This document shows positions 63,078 through 64,000 of a stretch of 64,000 nt of DNA, piece by piece. Each line of letters starts with the position of its first letter. Within the stretch, counting starts at the first letter, position 1. The translations under genes were made by a program, and so were the position numbers. Origin of the DNA: the human T2T-CHM13v2.0 reference genome, Homo sapiens. The DNA is taken from assembly GCF_009914755.1 (NCBI RefSeq), contig NC_060937.1; one strand, written 5' to 3'. The notes beneath the pieces were generated by a model. The model was given only the letters and a program-made list of their open reading frames with translations. It ran no database searches and was not told the origin of the DNA.

Positions 63078-64000
63078 TTAGTTAATGCTTTTCACCAGAA
63101 AGTCGGCTGCAAGACCAAGCATGCCGCTCTGCAATCTTTTAGAACCTGTAGCTCTCATGGGAGCTGTTTGGGGCCGGCTCATTTCACTAGCACACCTGAG
63201 ATGTAGAGCCCATGGTCCTTGTTCATCTTCCATGGCTAGAGCATTTATAAATGTGTATTGGTCATGAAGGGGCCAGGGAAAACATGACATGAACAGATGA
63301 ACATAAAAAAACTGTCGGCCCTAAAGCAAGCACAGCTCAAAGGAAGCTGGCAGGTCACCTCTTCTTTCAGAAACATGTGAAAGATGGCATGTTGCTGTTA
63401 CTGTGCCCACTTGAATCCTTGTGGCAAAAAGTATCATTTTCTAACAAACTAGAGATGGAAAACAATAGTTTGACTATGATAAAAAGCAAATCAATAATGC
63501 TGAATAGGACATTAAATTATTTAAGGAAAAAAAAAGCTTCCACATAGAGGGGCTCACATTCTGCTTTGTGGATATCTAGTTATGCATGGAAAAAAAAAAA
63601 CATTTAAAGAGAGCTGGATATTTCATCAGGAAACCCATGGATGTTTTCACACCCAACATAAAGTTAAGTCACTTTCCTGTAACTAACCAAAGTTCAGAGT
63701 TCCTTCTTTCTTTGCCACTCACACCCTTTCTCTGCCTTTCTAGTGATTGTATTACCTTTCTCTTCCTTGAACATCCTTGTCATTCTTGCATCTAGAGTGT
63801 GTTCCTATATGCATTAAATATAAATTTATGAAACAGATAAATTTGGGGGTTATTATTTCTCTTACAAAAGGATCTTAGCTTATAAAATATTCACTTGGAG
63901 TATTTCAAATGGTACACTTCTTTAGAACCTCTCTACTCAAGATCTGGCTCATGGAACAGTAGCCTCCGCATTACAAGGAAGCTTAACAATGTAGATTCTT

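Overview
Primate genomic DNA, almost certainly human because it carries an AluYb8-type insertion. It matches the RFXAP-SMAD9 locus (13q13.3 from recall). The complete three-exon RFXAP gene lies on the + strand: CpG-island promoter at ~16.6-17.6 kb, CDS exons 16940-17539, 23007-23114 and 25222-25332 (272 aa), and a 3' UTR to ~27.2 kb. Convergent with it on the - strand are the last three coding exons of SMAD9 (63001-62780, 50918-50662, 46062-45919; MH2 domain ending SSVS) and a long 3' UTR. The rest is mostly interspersed repeats: ~37 Alu copies or fragments, ERV1 and MaLR solo LTRs, L1/L2/L3, and DNA transposon fossils. Most ORFs in the supplied track are Alu or chance ORFs. I found no evidence of a wholly new gene system. 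The strongest candidates for follow-up are a MER41B-type LTR retaining a GAS motif, a MER41/5S rRNA chimeric fragment, a diverged 14-15 bp array in RFXAP intron 1, a 43-nt AluYb8 micro-insertion, an L1 3' transduction with an Alu nested in its TSD, a fold-back Alu end, and a candidate C3H zinc-binding motif in RFXAP. Repeat subfamily names come from remembered consensus sequences and their boundaries are approximate.
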